This document shows positions 52,093-60,424 of a stretch of 64,000 nucleotides of DNA, piece after piece. The translations under genes were made by a program, and so were the position numbers. Position 1 is the stretch's first letter, and each line of letters opens with the position of its first letter. This DNA is from Candidatus Daviesbacteria bacterium (GTDB taxonomy: Bacteria; Patescibacteriota; Microgenomatia; Daviesbacterales; UBA10151). The DNA lies in contig JACPKL010000001.1 of assembly GCA_016187035.1 (NCBI GenBank), forward strand, positions 78,607 through 142,606. The letters are read 5' to 3'. Under the pieces are notes generated by a model, which ran no database searches, was not told where the DNA came from, and saw nothing but the letters and a program-made list of their open reading frames with translations.

Positions 52093-53027
52093 ACAGAATT
52101 ATTTTTCTTATATTAATACCTGTAGTAATCTTAGTCCTCTTAATAATAGTGCTTTCTTTTCCAGGCCCTAAAAAGTCAGTGAATAAGCTTCCTATCCCTA
52201 TTTTTAACCCAAGTCCCACCAACCGGCCTGTATCCCAGCTTCCCGCAACCCCGTTGTTTATAACCCAAGTGATACCTGAGGATAATTCTACAAATATTCC
52301 TTCTAATCAGCAAGTCCAAATCATTTTTAATAGAGCGCTTATCTTGGATGAGGTTTACATCTCATTTGGCCCTGGAGTGATTTTCAAAACAGCTGTCAAC
52401 AACAATACTATTGTTTTGATCCCTAGCCCGTCTTTAACAAATGGGCTGACTTATAAATTATTAGTAAAATTCAATAAGACAGAAGAACTTTCAAAACAGT
52501 ATCAGTTTACAGTCGCGGGAACTCCACCGGCAAGCTTACCAGACACTCAACCGCCTGGGGCTGCCAAGCAATCAGAAGAATTTAACCGCCAAAACCACCC
52601 GGATATTTTTCTGGCTAATAAAACTCCGATTAGAGGAAGCCTATTTGATCTTTATAAAGGAGTGCTTAAATCAGCCCCCCAGGAACATTACTCCTTTGTT
52701 CTGGTAACCAAAACCGATCAACCTGCTGCTAGAAATGAGTTGTCAACTATTCTTATCCAGCTAGGATTAAATCAAGATCAGATCAACTCTTTAGATATAG
52801 CAACTATTTCACAAGACCAATTCGCAAAAGTATCCTCCTTGAAAGAAAAGCTCCCATTTTATTCTTCTGATGCATCTATAAGTTATGACATGAGTTTTGA
52901 TAAAATGACTATACATATTGATCAGAAAAACAAAACGGCTGGAGAACAACAGATAACTGATTTTCTCAAACAAAATGAAATTGAATCGACCAATTGGATT
53001 AATAATTTATCAATTAGTTACCAGTGA
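52089..53027 (+). CDS. membrane-anchored secreted protein with an Ig-like (SbsA-type) domain
   Basis: N-terminal TM. 'ITQVIPEDNSTNIPSNQQVQIIFNRAL' resembles Big_5/SbsA Ig-like openings. Overlaps the upstream gene by 4 nt. Confidence 0.5.
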   Translation: MNRIIFLILIPVVILVLLIIVLSFPGPKKSVNKLPIPIFNPSPTNRPVSQLPATPLFITQVIPEDNSTNIPSNQQVQIIFNRALILDEVYISFGPGVIFKTAVNNNTIVLIPSPSLTNGLTYKLLVKFNKTEELSKQYQFTVAGTPPASLPDTQPPGAAKQSEEFNRQNHPDIFLANKTPIRGSLFDLYKGVLKSAPQEHYSFVLVTKTDQPAARNELSTILIQLGLNQDQINSLDIATISQDQFAKVSSLKEKLPFYSSDASISYDMSFDKMTIHIDQKNKTAGEQQITDFLKQNEIESTNWINNLSISYQ

Positions 53028-53036
53028 ACAGATAGG

Positions 53037-53507
53037 ATGGGAATGCTAAATACTAAAACTAAGTTAATTATATTGTTTATATCTTTAGCTGTAGGGCTTT
53101 TTATCTCTTTCAGGCCGAAAATTGAGAATGAACTTAACAAATCAGCTGTGCAAAACAGTCAAAGCGAGAAAACCCAAAATCAGCAGGATGAACCCCCTAG
53201 GATTGTCTCTACCAAGCCCGACTCTCTTGAGGAGAGTATTATTCCAGCAGATGAGGTAATTGAGATAAACTTTAATAGGCCTTTGGAAAATGTTGGAGAA
53301 TTCAAGGTCAGAATCGAACCTAAAACAGATTATAAATTAGAGTTGTCAGGAGACAGGAAAGTTGGCAGAATTATACCTGTTAAGCCTTATGAGCTGGGAA
53401 CAGCCTATACTTTATATATCGGCAGTGAAACTAAATTTGATGGGATAGGAAGGTGGGGGCAGGAGAAAACATATCATTTCAGGACTATCAAATACAGAGG
53501 AATTTAG
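53037..53507 (+). CDS. membrane-anchored Ig-like domain protein
   Basis: N-terminal TM. 'IVSTKPDSLEESIIPADEVIEINFNRPLE' shows the same Ig-like opening as the previous ORF. Confidence 0.5.
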   Translation: MGMLNTKTKLIILFISLAVGLFISFRPKIENELNKSAVQNSQSEKTQNQQDEPPRIVSTKPDSLEESIIPADEVIEINFNRPLENVGEFKVRIEPKTDYKLELSGDRKVGRIIPVKPYELGTAYTLYIGSETKFDGIGRWGQEKTYHFRTIKYRGI

Positions 53508-54601
53508 GTCAGTCTTACCGGCATCACAACGTATTCCAGCCCTTCGACTCCAATCGGCTTAATCAAACAAGCAGAAAGCGCTCCAGAAAATTCAATAGCT
53601 ACCTGTGAGACTGGAACATTAGAGATAGCATCCATCAGGAATTTGGTGTTAAAAGCAATTTTAAGCTCTTCGCCTTCTACTTCTCCTTCTATTTCATTTT
53701 CCTGTTTACCTATTTCTGCAGAGGATTCCAGGATTAAACTGCCTGTTTTAGTTGTTATGGCTACAATATTGGCTTCATTCCTAACAAACACTGCAGCTAA
53801 TTTAATAGCTTTTAAAAGAGTCTCCTTTTCTATCAAAGCCCTACAGACAATTTTTTGAGGCATGATTCTTTCCCAAGCAGGAAACTGACCTTCTATCAAT
53901 CTCGATGAAATAGTATTTAAACCCAGACTGAAGATAATCTGGTTTTGATTTTCCGAGGCAGCCATTTTGACTTCATCTACATCAGTCTCTGATATAATCT
54001 TCAGAACCTCTTCAAAAGTCCTTCTTGGTATCAGACTTCTGAAATGAGTGCCGCCTTCAGGTATGGATACTTGTCTGTGGGCCAACCTAAACCCGTCAGT
54101 AGACACAAAGTCTAGTTTATTTTCTTTAGATTCTGTGAGTATACCTGTCAGAACCGGTCTGCCCTCATCTACGGCTGCAGCAAAAAGCACTGTTTGAGAG
54201 GATAAAAACGCTTCTTTGGGAAAACTGATATTAAAGTTCTCGACAAGCGGGATAGCAGGGAATTCTACAGCCGGAATACCATTAACAGAGGCCCTGAACT
54301 TACCGGAGCTAATTATCAGCGCCTCTCCTTCAGATTCTAAGGTAACTTGACTTTGCCCTAAGCCAGAGATTAAGTCGACCAAGGTCTTGGCAGGGACGGT
54401 AATCTCCCCGTCTGCCCCGTCTGTAATAGGGATGGATTTGACCACCCCTATCTCAAGATTGGTGGCTGCTATTTTCAACCTCTTGTCAGTGATGGATAAT
54501 AGGATATTATCTAAAACAGGCAAAGTTGAGCGGACTCCAACCGAGCGGGAGACAGACTGGAGGGAAGGCAGCAGATCTTGTTGTAAAATGGTGAATTTCA
54601 T
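53504..54601 (-). CDS. dnaN: DNA polymerase III beta sliding clamp
   Basis: 365 aa. 'MKFTILQQDLLPSLQSVSRSV..RSTLPVLDNILL' is a canonical DnaN N-terminus, and it ends 'YVVMPVRL'. Confidence 0.95.
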   Translation of the reverse strand: MKFTILQQDLLPSLQSVSRSVGVRSTLPVLDNILLSITDKRLKIAATNLEIGVVKSIPITDGADGEITVPAKTLVDLISGLGQSQVTLESEGEALIISSGKFRASVNGIPAVEFPAIPLVENFNISFPKEAFLSSQTVLFAAAVDEGRPVLTGILTESKENKLDFVSTDGFRLAHRQVSIPEGGTHFRSLIPRRTFEEVLKIISETDVDEVKMAASENQNQIIFSLGLNTISSRLIEGQFPAWERIMPQKIVCRALIEKETLLKAIKLAAVFVRNEANIVAITTKTGSLILESSAEIGKQENEIEGEVEGEELKIAFNTKFLMDAISNVPVSQVAIEFSGALSACLIKPIGVEGLEYVVMPVRLT

Positions 54602-55047
54602 AGATGGGCAGAGACGAATTTAGAGATCTCTTCCTCAGAAACTTTGATCAATCTGAAATTTACCCTGCCTGTCACGATCAAATTTTTAATATGTTTCTCC
54701 TCATCTGTCAGGTTAGGCGTTACTCCTGATTTGACTTCGATAAAATCAATCCTGTCATTATTCTTGATACCGATGAAGTCTATCGGCCAACCCAAGGGGA
54801 TGATTCTATCATAATCATAACGCAGTTCCGCATAAATTAGCAGCTCTGCCATTTTACCTTTTTGTGGGTTTATTGACCCCTGTATTGTCTGGAGCACTCT
54901 TGCAGGCAGGTCCTGGACTCCTTTATAGAGGTTGATCAAATCTGAAGGAATATCTGATGGTTTTTTGGAGTGCAGCCTGCCTATAAGGTAAGCAATTATT
55001 AAAAGGAGTAAAGTAATTCCAATAACCCACCAGTTAATGTTTTCCAC
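54598..55047 (-). CDS. membrane-anchored PD-(D/E)xK (Hjc-like) nuclease-fold protein
   Basis: GTG start, N-terminal TM, and 'IDFIGIKNNDRIDFIEVKSG' (D...E-x-K). It is inserted between dnaA and dnaN. Confidence 0.45.
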   Translation of the reverse strand: MENINWWVIGITLLLLIIAYLIGRLHSKKPSDIPSDLINLYKGVQDLPARVLQTIQGSINPQKGKMAELLIYAELRYDYDRIIPLGWPIDFIGIKNNDRIDFIEVKSGVTPNLTDEEKHIKNLIVTGRVNFRLIKVSEEEISKFVSAHL

Positions 55048-55216
55048 AACTTCTGTAGATTATACAACAAATTAATAGAATAGTAGTCATATTAATATAC
55101 TCTGTGGATATGTTGATAAGCAATTCTTCAGATTCTATTTTCGGTGTAATTTTGGGTTGATGAGTAGTGAATACCTGGTGGATAAGTTGTGGAAAAGCAG
55201 CTTCATTTGTGGATAA
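55040..55216. promoter_or_regulatory. candidate oriC: five co-oriented DnaA boxes plus an AT-rich stretch
   Basis: The boxes (reverse complement of TTATCCACA) are at 55040-48 (TTTTCCACA, opposite orientation), 55103-11, 55177-85, 55188-96 and 55208-16 (perfect). The AT-rich stretch at 55060-55100 is ttatacaacaaattaatagaatagtagtcatattaatatac. Confidence 0.6.
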
Positions 55217-56519
55217 GCCTACTCCTGATCTCAACCATGACTTTCTGGACATCCCGATCCATTAAAACTAATTGTTTAATCTTGTCCCTGCCGTGCATTA
55301 CCGTAGTATGGTCTCTCCCGCCAAGCATCCCGCCTATTTTTTCAACAGTCAAACCAACCTCTTCACTTAAAAGATACATGGCAATGTGTCTTGGCAGAAC
55401 CAGCTCTTTTTGTCTTCTTGGGCCGGTCAGGTCTTTAAGAGGCAGATCAAAATAGTCGCAAATCCCAGACAGAATCTTTTTCGGATCCTTTAAAGCAGCG
55501 GGAGAAGGAGATTGATGTAGGAGCGAACCGATGTTTTCCATAGTTGGTTGTAAATTTTTAAGTTTCAATACCTGGATAATTCTCATAAGCTCACCCTCAA
55601 GTTCCCTGATGTTGGAATTTAATGAGGCAGCCAGGGTTTCCATCACGTCTTCCGGCAGGCTCTCCCCTCTTTCCAGGCACTTAGCCTGTAAGATTGCCAC
55701 CCTGGTGTCAAAGTCAGGGGGCTGGATATCAAGCATTAACCCTCCTGCAAAACGTGATTTAAGACGGTCTTCTAACTTTTCGATCTCATGTGGAGAACGG
55801 TCTGATGTGAGAATCATCTGGGAATTTTTACTCTGAAGCTCATTAAAGGTGTGGAAGAATTCATCTTGAGTGCCCTCTCTGCCGGAGAAAAATTGGATAT
55901 CATCAATCAAAAGTATATCAGCCTTCCTATATTTACTTCTTAGATCAGCCATCTTACGAGTCTGAATTGCACCCACATAATCATTCATAAAAGTTTCTGA
56001 AGGACAGTAGATGATTTTTAAGCGGGCGTTTTTTGCCTGGAGGGTATTACCAATGCCGATCATCAGGTGGGTTTTGCCTACTCCTGTTCCACCATATAAA
56101 AATAAAGGATTATAAGAGGTGCCGGGATTTTGGACTACGGCCTGGGCAGCAGCATAAGCAACATTATTAGAAGGCCCAACCACAAAGTTTTCCAGGGTAT
56201 ACTTGGGGTTTAAAAAAGATTTAGTTTGAACAGGCTGGAAAAAATCATTTTCCTCTTCATGCTGAATTTGCTCTGTTTCTTTGATGATAAATTCAATGCT
56301 TACTTTTTTATCCAACAGCTTCTCAAAGGTTTCCCTTATCAAAGGTAAATATTTCTGGCTAAGCGTTTCTTTAACAAAGGCATTGGGAGTGGAAAGAATA
56401 ACAGTATTCTCAGTTAATCCTTTTAGGGAAGTTTTCAAAAACCAACTCTTAAAGTTAGCAGAACTTAGGTTGGGTTTGATGGTTTCTAAAAATTTATGCC
56501 AAAGCCTTAAATTATCCAT
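55203..56519 (-). CDS. dnaA: chromosomal replication initiator protein
   Basis: Walker A 'LFLYGGTGVGKTHL', 'LLIDDIQFF', and the domain IV motif 'LVLPRHIAMYL...VGGMLGGRDHTTVMH'. Confidence 0.97.
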   Translation of the reverse strand: MDNLRLWHKFLETIKPNLSSANFKSWFLKTSLKGLTENTVILSTPNAFVKETLSQKYLPLIRETFEKLLDKKVSIEFIIKETEQIQHEEENDFFQPVQTKSFLNPKYTLENFVVGPSNNVAYAAAQAVVQNPGTSYNPLFLYGGTGVGKTHLMIGIGNTLQAKNARLKIIYCPSETFMNDYVGAIQTRKMADLRSKYRKADILLIDDIQFFSGREGTQDEFFHTFNELQSKNSQMILTSDRSPHEIEKLEDRLKSRFAGGLMLDIQPPDFDTRVAILQAKCLERGESLPEDVMETLAASLNSNIRELEGELMRIIQVLKLKNLQPTMENIGSLLHQSPSPAALKDPKKILSGICDYFDLPLKDLTGPRRQKELVLPRHIAMYLLSEEVGLTVEKIGGMLGGRDHTTVMHGRDKIKQLVLMDRDVQKVMVEIRSRLIHK

Positions 56520-56528
56520 GTGTATAAC

Positions 56529-56549
56529 TTATCCACAATCTAATCCACA
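56529..56549. promoter_or_regulatory. two DnaA boxes immediately upstream of dnaA
   Basis: TTATCCACA at 56529-56537 is perfect; TAATCCACA at 56541-56549 has one mismatch. Confidence 0.55.
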
Positions 56550-56586
56550 AGGCAGATTCTTACAAGATAGAGAAACTATAAATTAG

Positions 56587-56671
56587 TAGATCAGATTTAG
56601 GAAACTGATCTGTTGCTTTGCAAGATAGATCAGATTTAGGAAACTGATCTGTTGCTTTGCAAGATAGATCA
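56587..56671. repeat. 39-nt tandem repeat (2.2 copies) with an internal GATC-containing palindrome
   Basis: The unit tagatcagatttaggaaactgatctgttgctttgcaaga starts at 56587, 56626 and 56665 (the last copy partial). Each unit contains gatcag-N10-ctgatc. Confidence 0.85.
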
Positions 56672-56700
56672 AAACTTGTTCATTATGATAAAATAAACTT

Positions 56701-57123
56701 ATGGAATTAAGCAAGGCTAATCTAGAATTATTAAAACAATATTTTGCCAGCCAAAAAGATATCTTGGTGGTTTATCTTTATGGCTCTTTTGCTAGTGGCG
56801 GGATCCATAAAAGATCTGATATTGATTTCGGGGTATTATTTGAAGAAGAAGTTACTTCATTCAAACGTTTAGGGCAAATCTATTCAGACCTTTGCGGCCT
56901 AAAGCTTCCTGCAGAGCCAGAAGTAAGGGATATTGATTTGAAACACCCTCCTGTATATCTGTTCAATGTTATTAGAGGCCAACTTGTATATAGCAAAGAT
57001 GAAGTTAAAAGAATTAATTTTGAGGTACAGGCAATGAGCCAATATTACGATTCCCAGTATTTCAGGGATATTAAATATGATTACATGAGAAAGAGAATCC
57101 AAGAGGGAACATATGGCTATTAG
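56701..57123 (+). CDS. mntA: MNT-type nucleotidyltransferase antitoxin (type VII TA)
   Basis: 'VVYLYGSFASGGIHKRSDIDFGVLF' is the GSx10DxD motif. It overlaps the HEPN gene by 11 nt. Confidence 0.8.
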   Translation: MELSKANLELLKQYFASQKDILVVYLYGSFASGGIHKRSDIDFGVLFEEEVTSFKRLGQIYSDLCGLKLPAEPEVRDIDLKHPPVYLFNVIRGQLVYSKDEVKRINFEVQAMSQYYDSQYFRDIKYDYMRKRIQEGTYGY

Positions 57124-57553
57124 CATTGAGACAATAAAGAATTTACTTGAATATCTGGATGCAGAAATCAGGATTATTGAAAAAAGCCAAGTGACCAGAG
57201 AAGAGTTGGATGAAAAAGAGAATATTGATTTTACTGATGCAACAAAGCGCAGGATGCAAGTTGCAGTAGAAATTGTTATAAATCTAGCAGAACATATAGT
57301 GGCAGGGTTAAATTTAGGTAAGCCTGAGTTTGCAAGGGAATTATTTCCCATGCTGGTTAAAGAAGGAATTATAGAGAAGGAATTGTCAGAAAAACTACAA
57401 AAAGCTGTGGGTTTAAGAAATATTTTAGTTCATATGTATCGGGATGTGGATCTTAATATCTTGGCTGACTGCGCAACAGCAGGACTGGATGATCTTAGAG
57501 AACTTGCCAAAGCTATTTATGAGTTTTTGGAAAAGAATTCAAAAGAAAATTAG
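57113..57553 (+). CDS. hepT: HEPN (DUF86) toxin
   Basis: Rx4H motif 'RNILVHMY' near the C-terminus; about 146 aa. Confidence 0.8.
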   Translation: MAISIETIKNLLEYLDAEIRIIEKSQVTREELDEKENIDFTDATKRRMQVAVEIVINLAEHIVAGLNLGKPEFARELFPMLVKEGIIEKELSEKLQKAVGLRNILVHMYRDVDLNILADCATAGLDDLRELAKAIYEFLEKNSKEN

Positions 57554-57583
57554 AACCCGTCTATATTTTGGTATAATTAATTC

Positions 57584-57847
57584 ATGTATAACTGGTCTGT
57601 GGATGAGAGAAAATTTAAGAAAGAAAATCCCAAAGAGTATCGGCTCTGGAGATTGACTCAGCTGATAAATTATGGATTGGATGGGGAAAAGCTTGACAGG
57701 GAGGAGGTTAAAAAAGCCTGGCCCAAAATAAAGAAAGAGCTTGACCCATATGCCAGACGAGCAATAGAATACTTATTATGGGGAAAACTATACTCACTGC
57801 CAAACAATTTGACTTTCTGGAACTTGCACAAGCACAAACTTCCATAA
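57584..57847 (+). CDS. small hypothetical protein upstream of, and overlapping, the AbiEii-like gene
   Basis: 87-aa ORF whose last ~23 codons overlap the 57778 gene in another frame. No motif recognised. Confidence 0.4.
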   Translation: MYNWSVDERKFKKENPKEYRLWRLTQLINYGLDGEKLDREEVKKAWPKIKKELDPYARRAIEYLLWGKLYSLPNNLTFWNLHKHKLP

Positions 57848-58458
57848 CCAAAAACTTTTACCTGACTGGTGGGACTGCCCTGTCTGAGTTTTATTTTCAA
57901 CACCGTTTATCTGAGGATATAGATCTTTTTTCGGAAAAGGAAGTAAATACCATTGCTGTTCAAGCTTTTTTAGAGAAAGTTTCAATCAAACTGAGTATCT
58001 TAAGGATCATTAAACAGAATTATCTTGGTCTTTATACATATAAACTGGAGTATAAAGACGGTGAGACCTTAAAAGTTGATTTTAACTATTACCCTTTTCC
58101 AAAAATTGAAAAGGGACTCATCTTTGGCAATCTTGAAGTTTCGAGCATTTATGATATAGCTGTTAATAAAGTCCATACTATTGCTATGAGAAGTAGGGTC
58201 AGAGACTATATTGATCTTTATTTTATATTCAAACACGTAAACTATGTTGCCAAGGAGTATTTGCAAAGGTTACGTCTAGATAGCCAGGCAAAATTTGATT
58301 GGCCGCTTGAGGTTAAAAACTTGGCAGCAGCCTTTTTAAAAGTGAAAGATTTTAAACAGGCAGATTTTCCTAAAATGCTTGTACCTTTTGATAAGAAAGA
58401 CATGGAGAATTTTTTTGTAAACTTAGCAAAATCTTTAGAAAAAGACATTTTCCAGTAA
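57778..58458 (+). CDS. AbiEii/AbiGii-family nucleotidyltransferase toxin (DUF1814)
   Basis: 'FYLTGGTALSEFYFQHRLSEDIDLFSE' is the family's NTase signature. Confidence 0.75.
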   Translation: MGKTILTAKQFDFLELAQAQTSITKNFYLTGGTALSEFYFQHRLSEDIDLFSEKEVNTIAVQAFLEKVSIKLSILRIIKQNYLGLYTYKLEYKDGETLKVDFNYYPFPKIEKGLIFGNLEVSSIYDIAVNKVHTIAMRSRVRDYIDLYFIFKHVNYVAKEYLQRLRLDSQAKFDWPLEVKNLAAAFLKVKDFKQADFPKMLVPFDKKDMENFFVNLAKSLEKDIFQ

Positions 58459-58513
58459 CTTTAATTATCTATCCTCTTTAAATTAAAGTCAAGCTTTGGT
58501 AAAATAGTTTTAT

Positions 58514-58870
58514 ATGGGAATGACTGATGTGAGATTACAGATTAGAAGTTTAAAAAATCCAAAGAAAAAAGTTACTGATAAGTTTTTGGTGGATGGTGGC
58601 GCATTCTACACAGTGCTTCCCCAAGCTATAGTAAAAAAATTGGGAGTTCAGCCGGACCATGAGCAAGAATTTAGTTTAGCAGACGGAACATCCATCAAAA
58701 GAAAGATAGGCAGCGCTTTTATTAAATTCCAGGATCAAGAGATGGCATCGCCTGTTGTACTGGGAGAGAAAAACGACACAGCATTAATGGGGACTTTAAC
58801 TTTAGAAGCATTTGGTTTAATACTGGACCCATTTAAAAGAAAATTATATAAGGCAATTTTGAGAATGTAA
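58514..58870 (+). CDS. retropepsin-like (clan AA) aspartic peptidase-like protein
   Basis: '[13 protein letters not shown]' sits at the position of the D[ST]GA active site (here DGGA), and '[16 protein letters not shown]' is at the C-terminus. Confidence 0.45.
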   Translation: MGMTDVRLQIRSLKNPKKKVTDKFLVDGGAFYTVLPQAIVKKLGVQPDHEQEFSLADGTSIKRKIGSAFIKFQDQEMASPVVLGEKNDTALMGTLTLEAFGLILDPFKRKLYKAILRM

Positions 58871-58874
58871 ATTT

Positions 58875-59012
58875 ATGCCAAAGAGAACTTACCAGCCAAA
58901 AAAATTAAAGAGACTTAGGAAACATGGATTTAGGGCCAGGATGACTACTTCAGGAGGAATAAGGGTTTTAAAAAGAAGAAGAGCTGCCGGAAGAGCCAGG
59001 CTGACAATTTAA
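58875..59012 (+). CDS. rpmH: 50S ribosomal protein L34
   Basis: My own translation: [45 protein letters not shown]. Below the ORF-track cutoff. Confidence 0.92.
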   Translation: MPKRTYQPKKLKRLRKHGFRARMTTSGGIRVLKRRRAAGRARLTI

Positions 59013-59338
59013 TGCTTCCCAAATCCCAAAGGCTAAATCTAAAAAAGGATTTTAAATGGGTAGCTTCAGGTAAGAGAATAGACACTAAGTTTGCTACGCT
59101 GTTTTTAAAAACAGGTGATAATAACACAGCCAGGGTTGGGATTGCGGTTTCTGCTACCAGGTTTAAAAAAGCAACTCAAAGAAACAGGGCAAGACGGTTA
59201 TTATCCCAAGCTTTCCAATCTACTTACTACTTACTACCATCTACTATTAATATAATAGCTCTTCCCAAACTGGGGGTACTTGAGGTAAAATCAACTGAAG
59301 TATTGGAAGATTTAAAAGAGGTTTTAAGAAAAATATAA
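59012..59338 (+). CDS. rnpA: ribonuclease P protein component
   Basis: 'LPKSQRLNLKKDF', 'RVGIAVS' and 'AVKRNR-like ATQRNRARR'. It directly follows rpmH with a 1-nt overlap. Confidence 0.9.
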   Translation: MLPKSQRLNLKKDFKWVASGKRIDTKFATLFLKTGDNNTARVGIAVSATRFKKATQRNRARRLLSQAFQSTYYLLPSTINIIALPKLGVLEVKSTEVLEDLKEVLRKI

Positions 59339-59346
59339 CAATTATA

Positions 59347-59577
59347 ATGGTTATAAGCAAAGCTTGCGGGATAAATCCCTTAAAAATTATAAAATTTATA
59401 ATAAATTTCTATCAAGATTACTTATCCTTAAATCATGGATTGTTAGCCTTCTTTGCTCCTGGCGGGGCTTGCAGGTATGAGCCAAGTTGTTCAGAATATT
59501 CTAAAAGGGTAATTATTAAATATGGAGTTGCCAAAGGTGGTTGGTTGGCAATAAAAAGAATAGGGAGTTGTAGATAA
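59347..59577 (+). CDS. yidD: membrane protein insertion efficiency factor
   Basis: 'CRYEPSCSEYSKRVIIKYG' is the YidD signature. Confidence 0.88.
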   Translation: MVISKACGINPLKIIKFIINFYQDYLSLNHGLLAFFAPGGACRYEPSCSEYSKRVIIKYGVAKGGWLAIKRIGSCR

Positions 59578-60416
59578 TGGACATAGGAGCTATTTTTAAT
59601 TTATTATTAATTCAGCCTCTAATTAACTTAATGATTTTTATATTAAGGATATTAGAATCCATCCATATTCCAGGGGCTTTTGGTTTTTCCTTAATCATCT
59701 CTACTGTCATAGTAACTCTGGTAACCTGGCCTTTTAGGACTTCCCAGCTTAAAAATATGAGCAAAACTGCTGAGGTGACAGCCAGGTTAAAACCCCAGCT
59801 GGATGAGTTAAAAGAAAAGCATAAAGGGAATAGTATGGCTTTTAATCAGGCTAAGGCAAAACTTTTGCAGCAGCACGGTGTTAATCCTGCAGCAGGTTGT
59901 TTGCCTTCTCTGATCCCAATAATTTTGATTATTCCTTTTTATCAAGTAGTCTTTGCTTTTTTTGATGGAGCTAAGGGTTTGGAAAAAATTAATTATTTTC
60001 TTTATTCTAAATCATGGCATTTAAATAATATGCCAGATTTGAATTTTTTAGGATTAAACCTGGCCACCAAACCCTCTCAATTTGCCAGCGCAGGAGCAGC
60101 AGTATTAATTATACCTGTGCTGACAGCTGTTTTAACTCTACTCCAATCTTTAATGATGTCTCCTAAGGGGGTTAGGCATTACAAAACTGATTCATCGGTA
60201 GAGGTGAAAGAGAAGGAAAAAGAAGAAGATATGACTAGCGCTATGCAATCTCAGATGGTGTTTATGATGCCTCTTTTAATAGGCTATGCAGCATTTCAGT
60301 TCCCAATAGGACTTGCAATTTATTGGAATATCAATACAATATTGGGGATAATCCAGCAGTATTCAATTTCAGGCTGGGGAAGAGCTGGTGATATAATCGC
60401 CAGAATTAAAAATTAA
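59577..60416 (+). CDS. yidC: membrane protein insertase YidC
   Basis: 'NPAAGCLPSLIPIILIIPFY', polytopic, and in conserved synteny after yidD. Confidence 0.9.
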   Translation: MDIGAIFNLLLIQPLINLMIFILRILESIHIPGAFGFSLIISTVIVTLVTWPFRTSQLKNMSKTAEVTARLKPQLDELKEKHKGNSMAFNQAKAKLLQQHGVNPAAGCLPSLIPIILIIPFYQVVFAFFDGAKGLEKINYFLYSKSWHLNNMPDLNFLGLNLATKPSQFASAGAAVLIIPVLTAVLTLLQSLMMSPKGVRHYKTDSSVEVKEKEKEEDMTSAMQSQMVFMMPLLIGYAAFQFPIGLAIYWNINTILGIIQQYSISGWGRAGDIIARIKN

Positions 60417-60424
60417 AAATTCCT

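Noticed and set aside
27972-53507. Integrative conjugative element or prophage
   Set aside because: No integrase, relaxase, replication, capsid or terminase genes were recognised in the window. The flanks are core genes (SpoIID-like, dnaN). A relaxase outside the window cannot be excluded.
56587-56671. CRISPR array
   Set aside because: There are only 2.2 directly abutting 39-nt units with no spacers, and no cas genes in the window. It is a tandem repeat.
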